Shown here piece by piece: positions 20,551 to 30,004 of a stretch of 64,000 nucleotides of DNA. This DNA comes from Candidatus Micrarchaeota archaeon (GTDB lineage: Archaea > Micrarchaeota > Micrarchaeia > Micrarchaeales > CABMGC01). The position numbers were made by a program, and so were the translations under genes. How positions within the stretch are numbered: the first letter of the stretch is position 1; the number at the start of each line of letters is the position of its first letter. Under the pieces are notes generated by a model, which ran no database searches, was not told where the DNA came from, and saw only the letters and a list, made by a program, of their open reading frames with translations. The stretch is from contig JAKASP010000001.1 in NCBI GenBank assembly GCA_021818995.1, positions 289,252 to 353,251 of the forward strand, given 5' to 3'.

Positions 20551-21654
20551 TTGATAAAAATGTTTACGAATAAAACAAGGTTGGCAATTATCATGAAGAA
20601 GAACGACTGGACCCACGGGGCAACGAACAAGCTGCTGATCGTAGCGATAGTTGTCGGGCTTGTAGCGATAGCGGTTTCGTCATACGCAATCCTGAACCCG
20701 AGCACCAACACGATAATCGTGTACAGGAACAGCACGACCACCGTTTTTGTCGTGAAAGGGTACAATATAACCAGCGGCCTGCTCGAGCCACCCACAAGCT
20801 TGAGTGATGCTCCGGTGATCACGCAGAACCAGTCCTTCGGCAACAGGCTTACTGGCATAAATGCGCCATTCAACGCGAGCGAACTCAACATAATAAACAA
20901 TGCATCCAACTCGTACTTCGAAAAGGCCGGCGAGATGTTCCTCAACGGCACAATAAACAACACAGTTGGTGCAAGCACGAAAGCGCTCCCGCTGTTTATA
21001 GTAAACGGCAAGCCTACAGTCATATACCTTGGCTCGATAACGTGCATCTTCTGCGGCGAGAACAGGTGGCCGATGGCGATGGCGCTCTCAAGATTCGGCA
21101 GCTTCTCTTACCTGTTCAAGGGCTACAGCTCGATAGGCGACGGAGACATGCCAACAATCTACTGGGCGCCGGCGCACTACAACATCTCTTCAACAGTGCT
21201 GGGCGACTTCTACAGCAGCAACTACATCAATCTCATAGCGATAGAGGACGCAAACCCGATATCTGGAGGATTCAACCTAAACCCTCTCTCTACCATGCAG
21301 CAAAGGATAAACCAGACCAACAACGTCGCATACATCGATGCCATGAACTACATAATCAGCACCAACGGCTTCTCAGGCACGCCATTCACGGTTTGGGGGG
21401 CATACGAAGTTGGAGGCGCAGATGCAGTCATATTCGCTAACAACACTTCCAAGCAAGGAACCGCCCCTCTGCAGCACATGACCCACGCAGACGTGCTCAA
21501 CCAGCTCGCCAACCCCACAGATCAGTTTGCGCTTTCAGAGTACGCGGCCGCAGACCTATATATCGCCATGGTCTGCAAGACGCTCAACAACACGCCTAGC
21601 GTGTGCACCGCCATACCGTCCATAGTCAAGATAGAAGCGAAGCTGGGTCTCTAG
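20551..21654 (+). CDS. DUF929-like membrane-anchored thioredoxin-fold protein (CxxC)
   Basis: N-terminal TM anchor and many N-x-S/T sequons. The GSITCIFCGENRWPMAMALSRFGSF block matches DUF929. The true start is probably internal (ATG at 20560 or 20593), given a TATA-like element at ~20537-20546. Confidence 0.7.
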   Translation: MIKMFTNKTRLAIIMKKNDWTHGATNKLLIVAIVVGLVAIAVSSYAILNPSTNTIIVYRNSTTTVFVVKGYNITSGLLEPPTSLSDAPVITQNQSFGNRLTGINAPFNASELNIINNASNSYFEKAGEMFLNGTINNTVGASTKALPLFIVNGKPTVIYLGSITCIFCGENRWPMAMALSRFGSFSYLFKGYSSIGDGDMPTIYWAPAHYNISSTVLGDFYSSNYINLIAIEDANPISGGFNLNPLSTMQQRINQTNNVAYIDAMNYIISTNGFSGTPFTVWGAYEVGGADAVIFANNTSKQGTAPLQHMTHADVLNQLANPTDQFALSEYAAADLYIAMVCKTLNNTPSVCTAIPSIVKIEAKLGL

Positions 21655-22170
21655 ATGCCAATACGGGTCAAAAAACTCCGAAGGGCAAGTGTCCTGAAGC
21701 AGATTTTCACATCCCCGCTCTACATACTTATCACGATAGCCGCGCTCGTGGCTTACTACGAGCTCTTCACCTTCCTGATAGTGAGCAGCAACGAGGGCAT
21801 CTTCTTCGTCACAGTGCCGATATACCTGATCTACGCGCTGATATTCAGCGCCTCCTTGCTCATGTCCACGAGCATCTACGCGGTGAGCCAGTCGATAAAG
21901 GCCAAGTATGCGGGCGCGGAGGGAGGGGTGCTCAGCGTCTTCACGTCTTCGATTGGTGGGCTCGTGGTCGGCTGCAGCTGCTACGCACCCATTTTCTCTT
22001 CGCTTCTCTACGCGGTGGGCTTCGGGACGCTTCAGGTGAGCAGCGCAATCTCCTTTCTTGGCGTCTACCAAACCTGGTTTGTAGCCGTGTTTATCGCCGC
22101 AAATCTAATCTTTATATATCATCAGCTCGGAAGGATAACTCGTATCGGAGGCGCGCACAGACGCAGGTAG
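21655..22170 (+). CDS. polytopic membrane protein with an intramembrane CxC motif
   Basis: 171 aa with about 4-5 hydrophobic segments and a GCSCYAP motif. Its start abuts the upstream stop (TAG-ATG). Confidence 0.5.
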   Translation: MPIRVKKLRRASVLKQIFTSPLYILITIAALVAYYELFTFLIVSSNEGIFFVTVPIYLIYALIFSASLLMSTSIYAVSQSIKAKYAGAEGGVLSVFTSSIGGLVVGCSCYAPIFSSLLYAVGFGTLQVSSAISFLGVYQTWFVAVFIAANLIFIYHQLGRITRIGGAHRRR

Positions 22171-22179
22171 AATGCGCGC

Positions 22180-23208
22180 GTGTTGTTTGGCATGCAGGCA
22201 CATAGAACCAAGACCTTGGGAAGGGGAAGAAAGGCCACAGCTAGAGGAAAGAAACCTCGAAGGAATGCAAATGTGGCAATCCCGGCAGAGGTGTCGAACA
22301 GCCATGAGGAGATGCTTATCAAGCGGGTCATAGAGCAGCCTCGAAAGCCGCAGAGCCGCCACCTTGAGCTCCAGGACATAATATATAATTCCGCACCAGA
22401 GCTGCGCGCACTAGCTTTCAAGTCAGGATACAACCTCGGGGTCGAGGCTTTCGAAAGGTCCAAGGGCGGGATGGATGCGCTTGAACACGTGCTTGAGAAC
22501 GCGGGTTTCGGCAAGATGATCTACCACCCTTTCGAGTCAATGAGCACGTTCACCACATACGCGACACGCGCACATTCGCAAAATCTCGGGATGGACATGC
22601 ATGTCTTCGAGGCAGGTGTCATATCAGGCTACCTCTCGGCGCACGCGGGCCGCAACATATCCGTTGAGGAGACGTCCTGCGTATACAACGGCGCAACGCA
22701 CTGTATGTTCGTGGCCAAGACGCACGGAGGAGTCGGAACCGACTCCTATAGGTATCTAGATCTTCCGAAGGTAATGCTTGCGTTCAGGCACGCGCTATCG
22801 CATGCGCAGAAGCAGCACGGCGAAACCAGCTACTACATGCTTTCCGTAAGACCTTTGCTCAATGAGCCAGTTGTGTCAGAGGCCTCGAAGTTCCTCTATC
22901 TGCTCGGCAAGCTGCTGACTGCCCAGAGCACCCCGGACCCGAAGCGCACCATAACGCAGGCAATAAACTTCTTAGGCATAGATGGCGCAAAAGTTTCCTC
23001 TACCAAGAAGAGAGGCCTGGAGATAAGCCTTGTGTACGGCCGCAGCGCCTCTTACGGCCATTTCGTGGATCTCACAACCGCATTCATCTCTGGTCTTGCG
23101 AAAGGAGCTTATGGCAGGAATGTGCAGGTGAGCAGGAACCTGAGCAGCAGAGGAGTTTATAATGTTAAGATGGGACTACAGGAGAGCGGCAGCAGGGAAG
23201 TGGCTTAG
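22180..23208 (+). CDS. V4R-like domain protein with a basic N-terminus
   Basis: 342 aa. The EETSCVYNGATHCMFVAK segment resembles the C-x(5-6)-C-x-F signature at the end of V4R domains. The N-terminus is K/R/G-rich. Its stop abuts the secY start. Confidence 0.5.
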   Translation: MLFGMQAHRTKTLGRGRKATARGKKPRRNANVAIPAEVSNSHEEMLIKRVIEQPRKPQSRHLELQDIIYNSAPELRALAFKSGYNLGVEAFERSKGGMDALEHVLENAGFGKMIYHPFESMSTFTTYATRAHSQNLGMDMHVFEAGVISGYLSAHAGRNISVEETSCVYNGATHCMFVAKTHGGVGTDSYRYLDLPKVMLAFRHALSHAQKQHGETSYYMLSVRPLLNEPVVSEASKFLYLLGKLLTAQSTPDPKRTITQAINFLGIDGAKVSSTKKRGLEISLVYGRSASYGHFVDLTTAFISGLAKGAYGRNVQVSRNLSSRGVYNVKMGLQESGSREVA

Positions 23209-24678
23209 ATGAACCTGAATTTTCTCGATTCGATACTGAAATACGTGCCCGGCATCAACAAACCCGCGGCACCGCTCACGTTCAAGGAGAAGCTCAAGTG
23301 GACAGTAATCATAATGAGCGTCTATTTCCTGATGTTCAGCACTCCTGCGTTCGGCGTTAGCACCGCGACGATAAACCAGCCGCTCATACAGCTCATAAGC
23401 GTCATCTTCGCCTCGAGGATAGGAAGCCTCATCACGGTGGGCATAGGCCCGATAGTGCTTGCGAGCATAGTGCTGCAGCTAGTGATAGGTGCGGGGCTCT
23501 TCGAGATAGACCTCAACGACCCTGAGCAGAAGGGCAGGTTCCAGGCGATACAGAAGATGGCCGCGATGGCAATAGCGGTTATAGAGTCGTACATATTCGT
23601 GGCAACAGGATACGTGCCTGTCGTGGGCCCGTCGTACGTCGGCGCGGTGGTGGTCCAGCTGGCGATCAGCGCCATATTCATCATCTTCCTCGACGAGACG
23701 ATGACCAAGTGGGGCATAACCTCGGGAATAAACCTCTTCATCGCAGGAGGCGTCGCTTACTCCATAATAGCCGGAACCAGCAGCATACTTCTCGCAGAAG
23801 CTGTCAAGGCGATACAGACAGGCGGCGCGACCGCAATACCAAACGCGATACTCGCCTTCGGCCCTCTCTTCTTCGCGATAATAGTGTTTTTGGTGAGCAT
23901 CTACGCTTATGACATGAAAGTTGAGATACCCCTGGTCTTCACGCAGATAAGGGGCGTGGGCGGGCGTCTTCCTATACCGTTCCTCTACGTCAGCGTCCTT
24001 CCTGTCATACTCGCGACATCGTTCGAGCTGAGTCTTACTGTATGGTTACGGTTCTTTGCAGGCATTACTGGCACGTTTGCCAATCTCGTGAAGTTCATAG
24101 CCCTGTATCAGGCCACTCCGACAAGCACCGGGGCGTCGCAGCTGAACCTGGTCGGTGGGCTTGTCTACCTCATCTCGCCTAACTTTCCGCTTCCGTACTC
24201 GACGGCATACGGCGGCATCGGAGGCTACAGCGCCTACTTCTCGTACCTAGCTACTGGCACGAGCCAGCTCTACCTGCCGTGGGGAGGCATCGTGGCTGTG
24301 CCCGAGTTCGTACACATAATAATCTACACCCTCGTGCTCGTAGTGCTCGCCGTGATATTCGGAAAGTTCTGGATAGAGATGACAGGCCAGAGCCCCCACC
24401 ACGTGGCGGAGCAGCTGCAGGACGTAGGCTGGCAGGTCCCTGGATTCAGGCGCGACCCGAGAATAGTGGAGAGCATACTGAACAAGTACATACCTACAAT
24501 AACAGTACTCGGAAGCGTGTTCGTCGCGCTTCTCGCGTCGCTTGCTACGCTGACCGGCGCAGTGGGCACCGGAATGGGAATACTGCTTACCGTAGGCATA
24601 ATGTACATGGTCTACCAGCAGCTCGAGCAGGAGCACGCCCTCGAGCAGTACCCCGAGCTCAACAAGATGCTCTCATAG
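23209..24678 (+). CDS. secY: preprotein translocase subunit SecY
   Basis: 489 aa with 10-TM architecture and a typical SecY/Sec61alpha N-terminus (KPAAPLTFKEKLKWT). Confidence 0.9.
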   Translation: MNLNFLDSILKYVPGINKPAAPLTFKEKLKWTVIIMSVYFLMFSTPAFGVSTATINQPLIQLISVIFASRIGSLITVGIGPIVLASIVLQLVIGAGLFEIDLNDPEQKGRFQAIQKMAAMAIAVIESYIFVATGYVPVVGPSYVGAVVVQLAISAIFIIFLDETMTKWGITSGINLFIAGGVAYSIIAGTSSILLAEAVKAIQTGGATAIPNAILAFGPLFFAIIVFLVSIYAYDMKVEIPLVFTQIRGVGGRLPIPFLYVSVLPVILATSFELSLTVWLRFFAGITGTFANLVKFIALYQATPTSTGASQLNLVGGLVYLISPNFPLPYSTAYGGIGGYSAYFSYLATGTSQLYLPWGGIVAVPEFVHIIIYTLVLVVLAVIFGKFWIEMTGQSPHHVAEQLQDVGWQVPGFRRDPRIVESILNKYIPTITVLGSVFVALLASLATLTGAVGTGMGILLTVGIMYMVYQQLEQEHALEQYPELNKMLS

Positions 24679-24688
24679 GGATGCAGAA

Positions 24689-25372
24689 ATGACAGGCCCT
24701 TTATACAAGCTTCAGGCATCAGATGCAAAAACCCCAAGAGAGATAACAATCGACGTCACGAAGTCCGCCTCTTCATTTCCTGTTCTTGGCGAAGGGCTGA
24801 AAACAGTTCTTACCAAAGTGCTCCGTAACGATGCGCTCGGGATAGAAGACGTAGTTGAATTCGGAGCCGGAAAGCTCAAGAACGCTCCATTTGTACTGAA
24901 AATGGGGAAGAGCGTATGTGCGGTAGAGTTCCCAGAGCTTAGCGCAAACCCTATCGCGCAGAGCAACTACAACATATGCGAAAAGTACGACGGTCGCTTC
25001 AGAAGGCTAACCCCGGAGGAGTTCAAGGAAGACAAGCAGAAATTTGACCTCGCGCTACTCATAAACGTGATCGCGACGATGCCTGTCGCCTCGGAGCGCA
25101 CCGCAGCTCTGAAGCTTATCAACCAAAAACTTAAGGACGGGAAATTCGCACTGTGGTTTGCCCTGAAGGGCGATGATCGCTACACGAGAAGAATGGAAGA
25201 AGGGAAAACCTGCGGCGATGGAGTGTGGCTTGGAGAAAACCAACGCGTGCAGACGTTCTACAAGCGCTATTTGCCAGAGGAGATTGTGGACCTGATGCAC
25301 GAAGCGGGCTTTGCGCCTTTTGACCGATTCCATGTAGAGACAAACCATGCGATGCTCTTCAGAAAAGGCTAG
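24689..25372 (+). CDS. class I SAM-dependent methyltransferase-like protein
   Basis: 227 aa with a motif I-like VVEFGAGKL and a later DLALLINVIATMP segment. It lies 10 nt downstream of secY. Confidence 0.55.
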   Translation: MTGPLYKLQASDAKTPREITIDVTKSASSFPVLGEGLKTVLTKVLRNDALGIEDVVEFGAGKLKNAPFVLKMGKSVCAVEFPELSANPIAQSNYNICEKYDGRFRRLTPEEFKEDKQKFDLALLINVIATMPVASERTAALKLINQKLKDGKFALWFALKGDDRYTRRMEEGKTCGDGVWLGENQRVQTFYKRYLPEEIVDLMHEAGFAPFDRFHVETNHAMLFRKG

Positions 25373-25374
25373 CT

Positions 25375-26274
25375 CTAGTACATCGCTTCCAGTCTCTTTA
25401 TCCTCTCCTCTATCGGCGGGTGCGTAGAGAAGAGGTTCATGATGCTGTTCGCCTTGAAAGGATTCGCGAAGTAGAGAGATGCGGTTATCTCGTTCGCGTG
25501 CATAACAGGCGTCGCGCGCGGGTTCTTCTCGTATGCCTCTATCTTCTTAAGAGCGCTGGCCAGCTCGGCAGGGTTTCGCGTGACCCTGGCGCCGTTCGCA
25601 TCGGCCATGTACTCCCTCCTTCTCGATATCGCAAGGCGTATCAGTATTGCAAAGAGCGGGGCGAGGAGGCCCACCGCGAAAGCAACAAGCAGGAAGATTC
25701 CCCCGTTGTTCCTGTTTCCTCCGCCGAACCCGAAGCCCCAGAAGATCATGTTTCTGAAGTACGCGGCTATGAGCCCTATCGCTCCGGCGAAGGCTATCGC
25801 AATCGTCATCACCAGTATGTCGTTATCGCCTATGTGCGAGAGCTCGTGCGAGATCACGCCCTCAAGCTCGTTCTTGTTCATCATAGAGAGAAGGCCGCTT
25901 GTGAAGGCGACAGACGGCTTGCTCCTTCTGCCTGTGGCGAACGCGTTCGGGTTCGGGTCGTCGATTATGTACACTTTCGGCATCTTTATCTGCATCGCAG
26001 AAGAAAGCCCCTCGACCGAGGCGTAGAGGTCAGCGTATTGCTTCTGGTCCGCCTCCTTCGCCCTGGATATCGCTAGCACGAGCCTGTCTCCGCTGAAGTA
26101 GCTGAACGCCGCGTAGAGTATAAGCAGCAGCACCCCTATCGCGAATGCTATGATGCCGCCTCCCAGAACGAACACCACCAGGTAGAGTATTGCTGAGAAG
26201 AAGAGCATGAACACAGCGAGCAGTATGAACGACTTGAGGTTGTTGCGCGCTATTTCGTCAAAGAAACTGGCCAT
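25375..26274 (-). CDS. htpX: M48 family zinc metalloprotease HtpX
   Basis: 299 aa with N-terminal TMs, an HELSHI (HExxH) motif and a downstream EYMAD glutamate. Confidence 0.85.
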   Translation of the reverse strand: MASFFDEIARNNLKSFILLAVFMLFFSAILYLVVFVLGGGIIAFAIGVLLLILYAAFSYFSGDRLVLAISRAKEADQKQYADLYASVEGLSSAMQIKMPKVYIIDDPNPNAFATGRRSKPSVAFTSGLLSMMNKNELEGVISHELSHIGDNDILVMTIAIAFAGAIGLIAAYFRNMIFWGFGFGGGNRNNGGIFLLVAFAVGLLAPLFAILIRLAISRRREYMADANGARVTRNPAELASALKKIEAYEKNPRATPVMHANEITASLYFANPFKANSIMNLFSTHPPIEERIKRLEAMY

Positions 26275-26293
26275 TAAACATCACCGCCTGCAG

Positions 26294-26902
26294 CTACTTC
26301 TTCTGGGGCTTGCCGCCCTTCGCCTGCGGCGCGTTCTGAGCGTCGTCGCTTGTAAGGTCGACCTTTATCGCTGCCTTCTCCTCTTCCGGAGCTTGGAAGA
26401 AGTCCTGGCGCTTGAAGCCCATTGGTCCAGCGAAAAGGTTTCCAGGAAACTGCTGTATCGCGTTGTTGTAATCGAGCACGTAGTCGTTGTAAGATGTGCG
26501 CACGAACGAGATCTTGTTCTCTGTATTCTCAAGTTCGCTCTGCAGGTTCTGGTAAGTTTGAGAGGCCTTAAGGTCCGGATAGTTCTCGGCAACTGCGAAG
26601 AGGCTCTTGAGCGCCTGGCTGAGCATGTTGTTCGCCTGCGCCTTGTCCTGCACGCTTCCAGACACTATCGAGCTCCTGAGCTGCGTTATCTGAGTAAGCA
26701 CGCTCTTCTCGTACTTCATGTAGCCTTTGACAGTCTCCACAAGGTTGGGGATAAGGTCGTACCTTCGCTTCAGCTGCACGTCTATCTGAGCCCACGCGTC
26801 CTGCACCCTGTTCCTCTTGCCGATGAGGCCGTTGTATATCAGGACTACTATCGCTGCGATAACGACAATTACCGCAACCGCTGCCGTGAGTGCGTCTACC
26901 AC
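26294..26902 (-). CDS. lemA: LemA family protein
   Basis: 202 aa with an N-terminal TM and the classic YNGLIGKRNRVQDAWAQIDVQLKRRYDLIPNLVETVKGY block. LemA-HtpX adjacency is a common pairing. Confidence 0.85.
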   Translation of the reverse strand: MVDALTAAVAVIVVIAAIVVLIYNGLIGKRNRVQDAWAQIDVQLKRRYDLIPNLVETVKGYMKYEKSVLTQITQLRSSIVSGSVQDKAQANNMLSQALKSLFAVAENYPDLKASQTYQNLQSELENTENKISFVRTSYNDYVLDYNNAIQQFPGNLFAGPMGFKRQDFFQAPEEEKAAIKVDLTSDDAQNAPQAKGGKPQKK

Positions 26903-26944
26903 AAAATCAGTAGGAATTCGCTCTATAAGTATAAAAATACTCCA

Positions 26945-28057
26945 CTACCTTATGGGTTTCAGGAACGGGTCCCCTTTCGGATTCGTGCTCAGCATGAAAT
27001 ATTGCACAGGCACCGAGTAATCGGTTCCGCGCTCAAAGTACTCGCGCGCTTCCCTGAACTCAGCCCCCAGGACCACTCTGTACTCTATGTGCTCAAGCTC
27101 TTTCAGGTCAGGGCAGGAGGCCTCAACTGCGTCGTACGCCCGGTCTGAGTTCTTTGGAACGAAGAGCGTGCCGTGGCCCAGCACAAGCACGTCGCTGTCC
27201 TCGACAGCAGTAACCTTTATCTTGCCGTCTTCCGTCCTCTCAAAATTCTCCGGGGTACCCCACCAACATATCCAGTGGGTCCTGCTGTGCAGTTCCGTGG
27301 CCGTCCACTTCCCATCCCCGCCTTTCACCATCCTAATGCCGAACGGCTCGTATTCAGGATTGGGATTCACGACCAGATTCTCCACAGGCACCTTCACATC
27401 GCCTATCTCGGTGTCTATGTTGTACCTGTGCATGTAGAACATGAATTTGCTTATGACAGCTCCGCTGCTCCAGTCAATTTCGCTCTCAAGGAATGGAACA
27501 ACATGCTCCGGACCCTTCTTCGGCACCCCGTCCTTGAAGTAGCTGATCACATTAGCCTTGAATACGTAAGCCGACGCGTCTTTAGTGAAAGACGCGGTCT
27601 CCTTCTTGTAGTTGTCTATCGCCCAATACGGCGTGTCTTCTAGTATGAGGCTTCTCATCAGATCCGGCGAAATCCTGAGCCCCGGAGTCGGATACTTCAT
27701 GCTCGTCGCCAGTGCCTCCCATTCCCTTCCCCTGAGGTGCTGCTCAACATACTCTACGCACGCGACGAGTATCTCCCTCTCTTCCTCAGTCACAGAATCG
27801 CTGGCCATCCTGCCTTTAAGTGACCCGATCTTTCTGAGGACTTTGGCATTCGCCCTCGCTTCAACGCGCATCCTTGCATCGCCCAAGCCAACCGCCCTCA
27901 CCGCATAGCCAAGTCTCGCCTTTCTGTCTTCATCCTGCACTCTTGATCTGTCGATCCTTAGCAGGTGTTCCAGTTCCCCTACAACCTTTTTCCATGTGAG
28001 GTCATTCCTTGCATTTGCATCGCTCGCAATAGCATCGTTGGCAGTTAGCCTTATCAC
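26945..28057 (-). CDS. uncharacterised protein, paralog A of a tandem pair (370 aa)
   Basis: Alignable over its full length with the 28118..29182 product. No TM, signal peptide or recognised motif. Confidence 0.6.
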   Translation of the reverse strand: MIRLTANDAIASDANARNDLTWKKVVGELEHLLRIDRSRVQDEDRKARLGYAVRAVGLGDARMRVEARANAKVLRKIGSLKGRMASDSVTEEEREILVACVEYVEQHLRGREWEALATSMKYPTPGLRISPDLMRSLILEDTPYWAIDNYKKETASFTKDASAYVFKANVISYFKDGVPKKGPEHVVPFLESEIDWSSGAVISKFMFYMHRYNIDTEIGDVKVPVENLVVNPNPEYEPFGIRMVKGGDGKWTATELHSRTHWICWWGTPENFERTEDGKIKVTAVEDSDVLVLGHGTLFVPKNSDRAYDAVEASCPDLKELEHIEYRVVLGAEFREAREYFERGTDYSVPVQYFMLSTNPKGDPFLKPIR

Positions 28058-28117
28058 AATTCTCCCCGTTAGTGTTCTGCGCAGCCCTTTAAATCAGTTG
28101 ACGTTAGCCGCGTCGCT

Positions 28118-29182
28118 CTATCTGAGCGGCTTCGAGAACGGGTCGCTTCGCAGGTCTGTCTTCTCCATAACGAACGCCATGGGTGTGTCATAGACCTCTC
28201 CGTGCCTGTAGTAGTCCCTGGCGCCGGTCATCAATATCCAGAGATACGCCTCCTGCTGCACGTGCACCAGCCTGTGCAGCTCTGGGCTGAGCTTCAGTAT
28301 TGTGCTGTACGCAACACCCGGGTTCTTGGTAACGAAGACCGCGGCATGCCCGTATACCACGCTCTCGGTATCTGGCCTTGCCGTAACCTTGAGCAGGCCA
28401 TCGTATGTCTTCTCGATCAGCTCCACAGGCACCTGGTACGGTATCCAGTGGCTCCTGCTGAGCCCAGCAATTACACGCAGCGTCCCATCGGCATCGTATC
28501 TGAGCCTGAAGCCTACGGGCTCATACTCGGGGTTCGGGCTAAGCGCAAGGTTCGCTATATTCACCACCTGCCCCTTGACGTACGTATCGATCTCGTATCT
28601 CGACATTATGAAGAGGTATATTCCGCTCACTCTTCCCGTGTCCCACTCTATGTCGCTTTCAAGTATCGGCACAGCGTGCTCCGGCCCCTTCTTAGGTACG
28701 CTTTTCTGGAAGTAGCTTATGACATCGGCCTTGAACGAGTATCCCGCGGCGCCCACCGCCTCTACAACCATCTCCTTGTACTTCCTCATGGCCTCTTCTG
28801 GACTTTTCTCCAGGATGAGCATCCTTGCCAGGTCCGGCGAGATTCTTAGCCCGAAGTTCTGCTCGTCGAGCGTGAGCACAAGCGCCTTCCACTCCCTCAT
28901 CTTCAGGTACTTCTCAACGTACTCAACAAGAGCCTCCGTCGCTTCCCTCGTTTCAGCGTCGGTTATCCTGCCGGAGAGCAGCATCAGCTTCAGCTCCGCG
29001 ATGTTCTTCTGCACAGCCTTGTTCAGCTTCCTGGTCGGCGGCGCCTTTCCGTCTGGTTCTACGCCCATGAGGCCCATCGAGTACGTGAACCTTGCGAGCA
29101 CATCGTCGCTGCTGACCCTGGGATTCGTCTCTCCCCTAAGCTCTTTTCTGAGTACTTCCAAGGTCTCTTTGGCTATCGGCAC
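28118..29182 (-). CDS. uncharacterised protein, paralog B of a tandem pair (354 aa)
   Basis: Shares these blocks with paralog A: LRISPDL, VISYF..VPKKGPEH.VP.LES.I.W, NPNPEYEP.G and a C-terminal DPF.KP.R. Confidence 0.6.
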   Translation of the reverse strand: MPIAKETLEVLRKELRGETNPRVSSDDVLARFTYSMGLMGVEPDGKAPPTRKLNKAVQKNIAELKLMLLSGRITDAETREATEALVEYVEKYLKMREWKALVLTLDEQNFGLRISPDLARMLILEKSPEEAMRKYKEMVVEAVGAAGYSFKADVISYFQKSVPKKGPEHAVPILESDIEWDTGRVSGIYLFIMSRYEIDTYVKGQVVNIANLALSPNPEYEPVGFRLRYDADGTLRVIAGLSRSHWIPYQVPVELIEKTYDGLLKVTARPDTESVVYGHAAVFVTKNPGVAYSTILKLSPELHRLVHVQQEAYLWILMTGARDYYRHGEVYDTPMAFVMEKTDLRSDPFSKPLR

Positions 29183-29348
29183 TTTCCGCTTTAGCAGATA
29201 CTCCTGTCTGACCTTGGGTGTCTCATATTCCCCGATAGAGCCACCTCCGGTTTTCAGTTACGTCTTCCCCGTTCTATTATCAGTAAACTGCCTTTATACG
29301 GCTTCTGTGCATATTCGTTAATCGTTTCATTTTTCCGGCTTTCCATGG

Positions 29349-29726
29349 CTAAGAAAATTGCCTGTTTATGTATGCAATTCCTCCTCTGACCGAGACTGCA
29401 ATGTTTGCGTACTCGCCGTCAGGGCACATCGTCCCCGGAGCAAACGAGACCTTGTCTACAATATAGAAAGATCCGTACCTAGTGGAGATTGAATTGTTGT
29501 TTGCGGTGGCTTCGCAAAGCCCCTGCGGCAGATAGACGTTTCCGGAAAAAGCGCCTGACGAAAGAAGCGCGCCATTTATCACATCTATAAACTGCGACAG
29601 CCCGAAGGAACCCGTGCTGGCTCCGATTCCCGCGTAACTCCTCTCTGTAACTCCCAAGGCAAAGGCGAAGGAGAGCCCGGCTAGCGCTACGTAGAGCATG
29701 AGCTCGAGCGAGAGCTGGGCCCTCAC
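29349..29726 (-). CDS. class III signal peptide (archaeal type IV pilin-like) protein
   Basis: 125 aa. The N-terminus MRAQLSLELMLYVALAGLSFAF has a short basic leader, then Q, then an acidic residue, then a hydrophobic helix. Confidence 0.6.
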   Translation of the reverse strand: MRAQLSLELMLYVALAGLSFAFALGVTERSYAGIGASTGSFGLSQFIDVINGALLSSGAFSGNVYLPQGLCEATANNNSISTRYGSFYIVDKVSFAPGTMCPDGEYANIAVSVRGGIAYINRQFS

Positions 29727-29728
29727 GG

Positions 29729-29995
29729 CTACACGCCGTTGCTAGTCAGCGAGCCTAGTTCCTTACCTATTGCCGTAGCTACGCCCACGCTGGATCCGTT
29801 CACGGTGACGTTGCTGACAACAGCGCCCTTCAGCTTTACCACCATGGCGAGGGCCAGCACTATCACTATGCTCGCAGCAGCCACCATCATTATGTACTCC
29901 AGGGAGCTCTGCGCCTTCTTGCTCCTGGCGAGCGCGAACAAAGCAATTGCGCTCGCAGGCAGGAACCTGTCCGTTGTCTTTTCTATCAAGTCCAT
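29729..29995 (-). CDS. class III signal peptide pilin (DUF361/Class_IIIsignal-like)
   Basis: KKAQSSLEYIMMVAAASIVIVLA matches the archaeal prepilin KGQ..EY motif. The leader is unusually long, so the true start may be internal. Confidence 0.65.
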   Translation of the reverse strand: MDLIEKTTDRFLPASAIALFALARSKKAQSSLEYIMMVAAASIVIVLALAMVVKLKGAVVSNVTVNGSSVGVATAIGKELGSLTSNGV

Positions 29996-30004
29996 TCATT
30001 CACC

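Noticed and set aside
22180-22290. The idea that the K/R/G-rich N-terminus of the V4R-like protein is a remnant of ribosomal protein L15, which is the usual upstream neighbour of secY.
   Set aside because: Only compositional resemblance supports it. I cannot align any uL15 core motif, so I mention it only as synteny context and not as a feature call.
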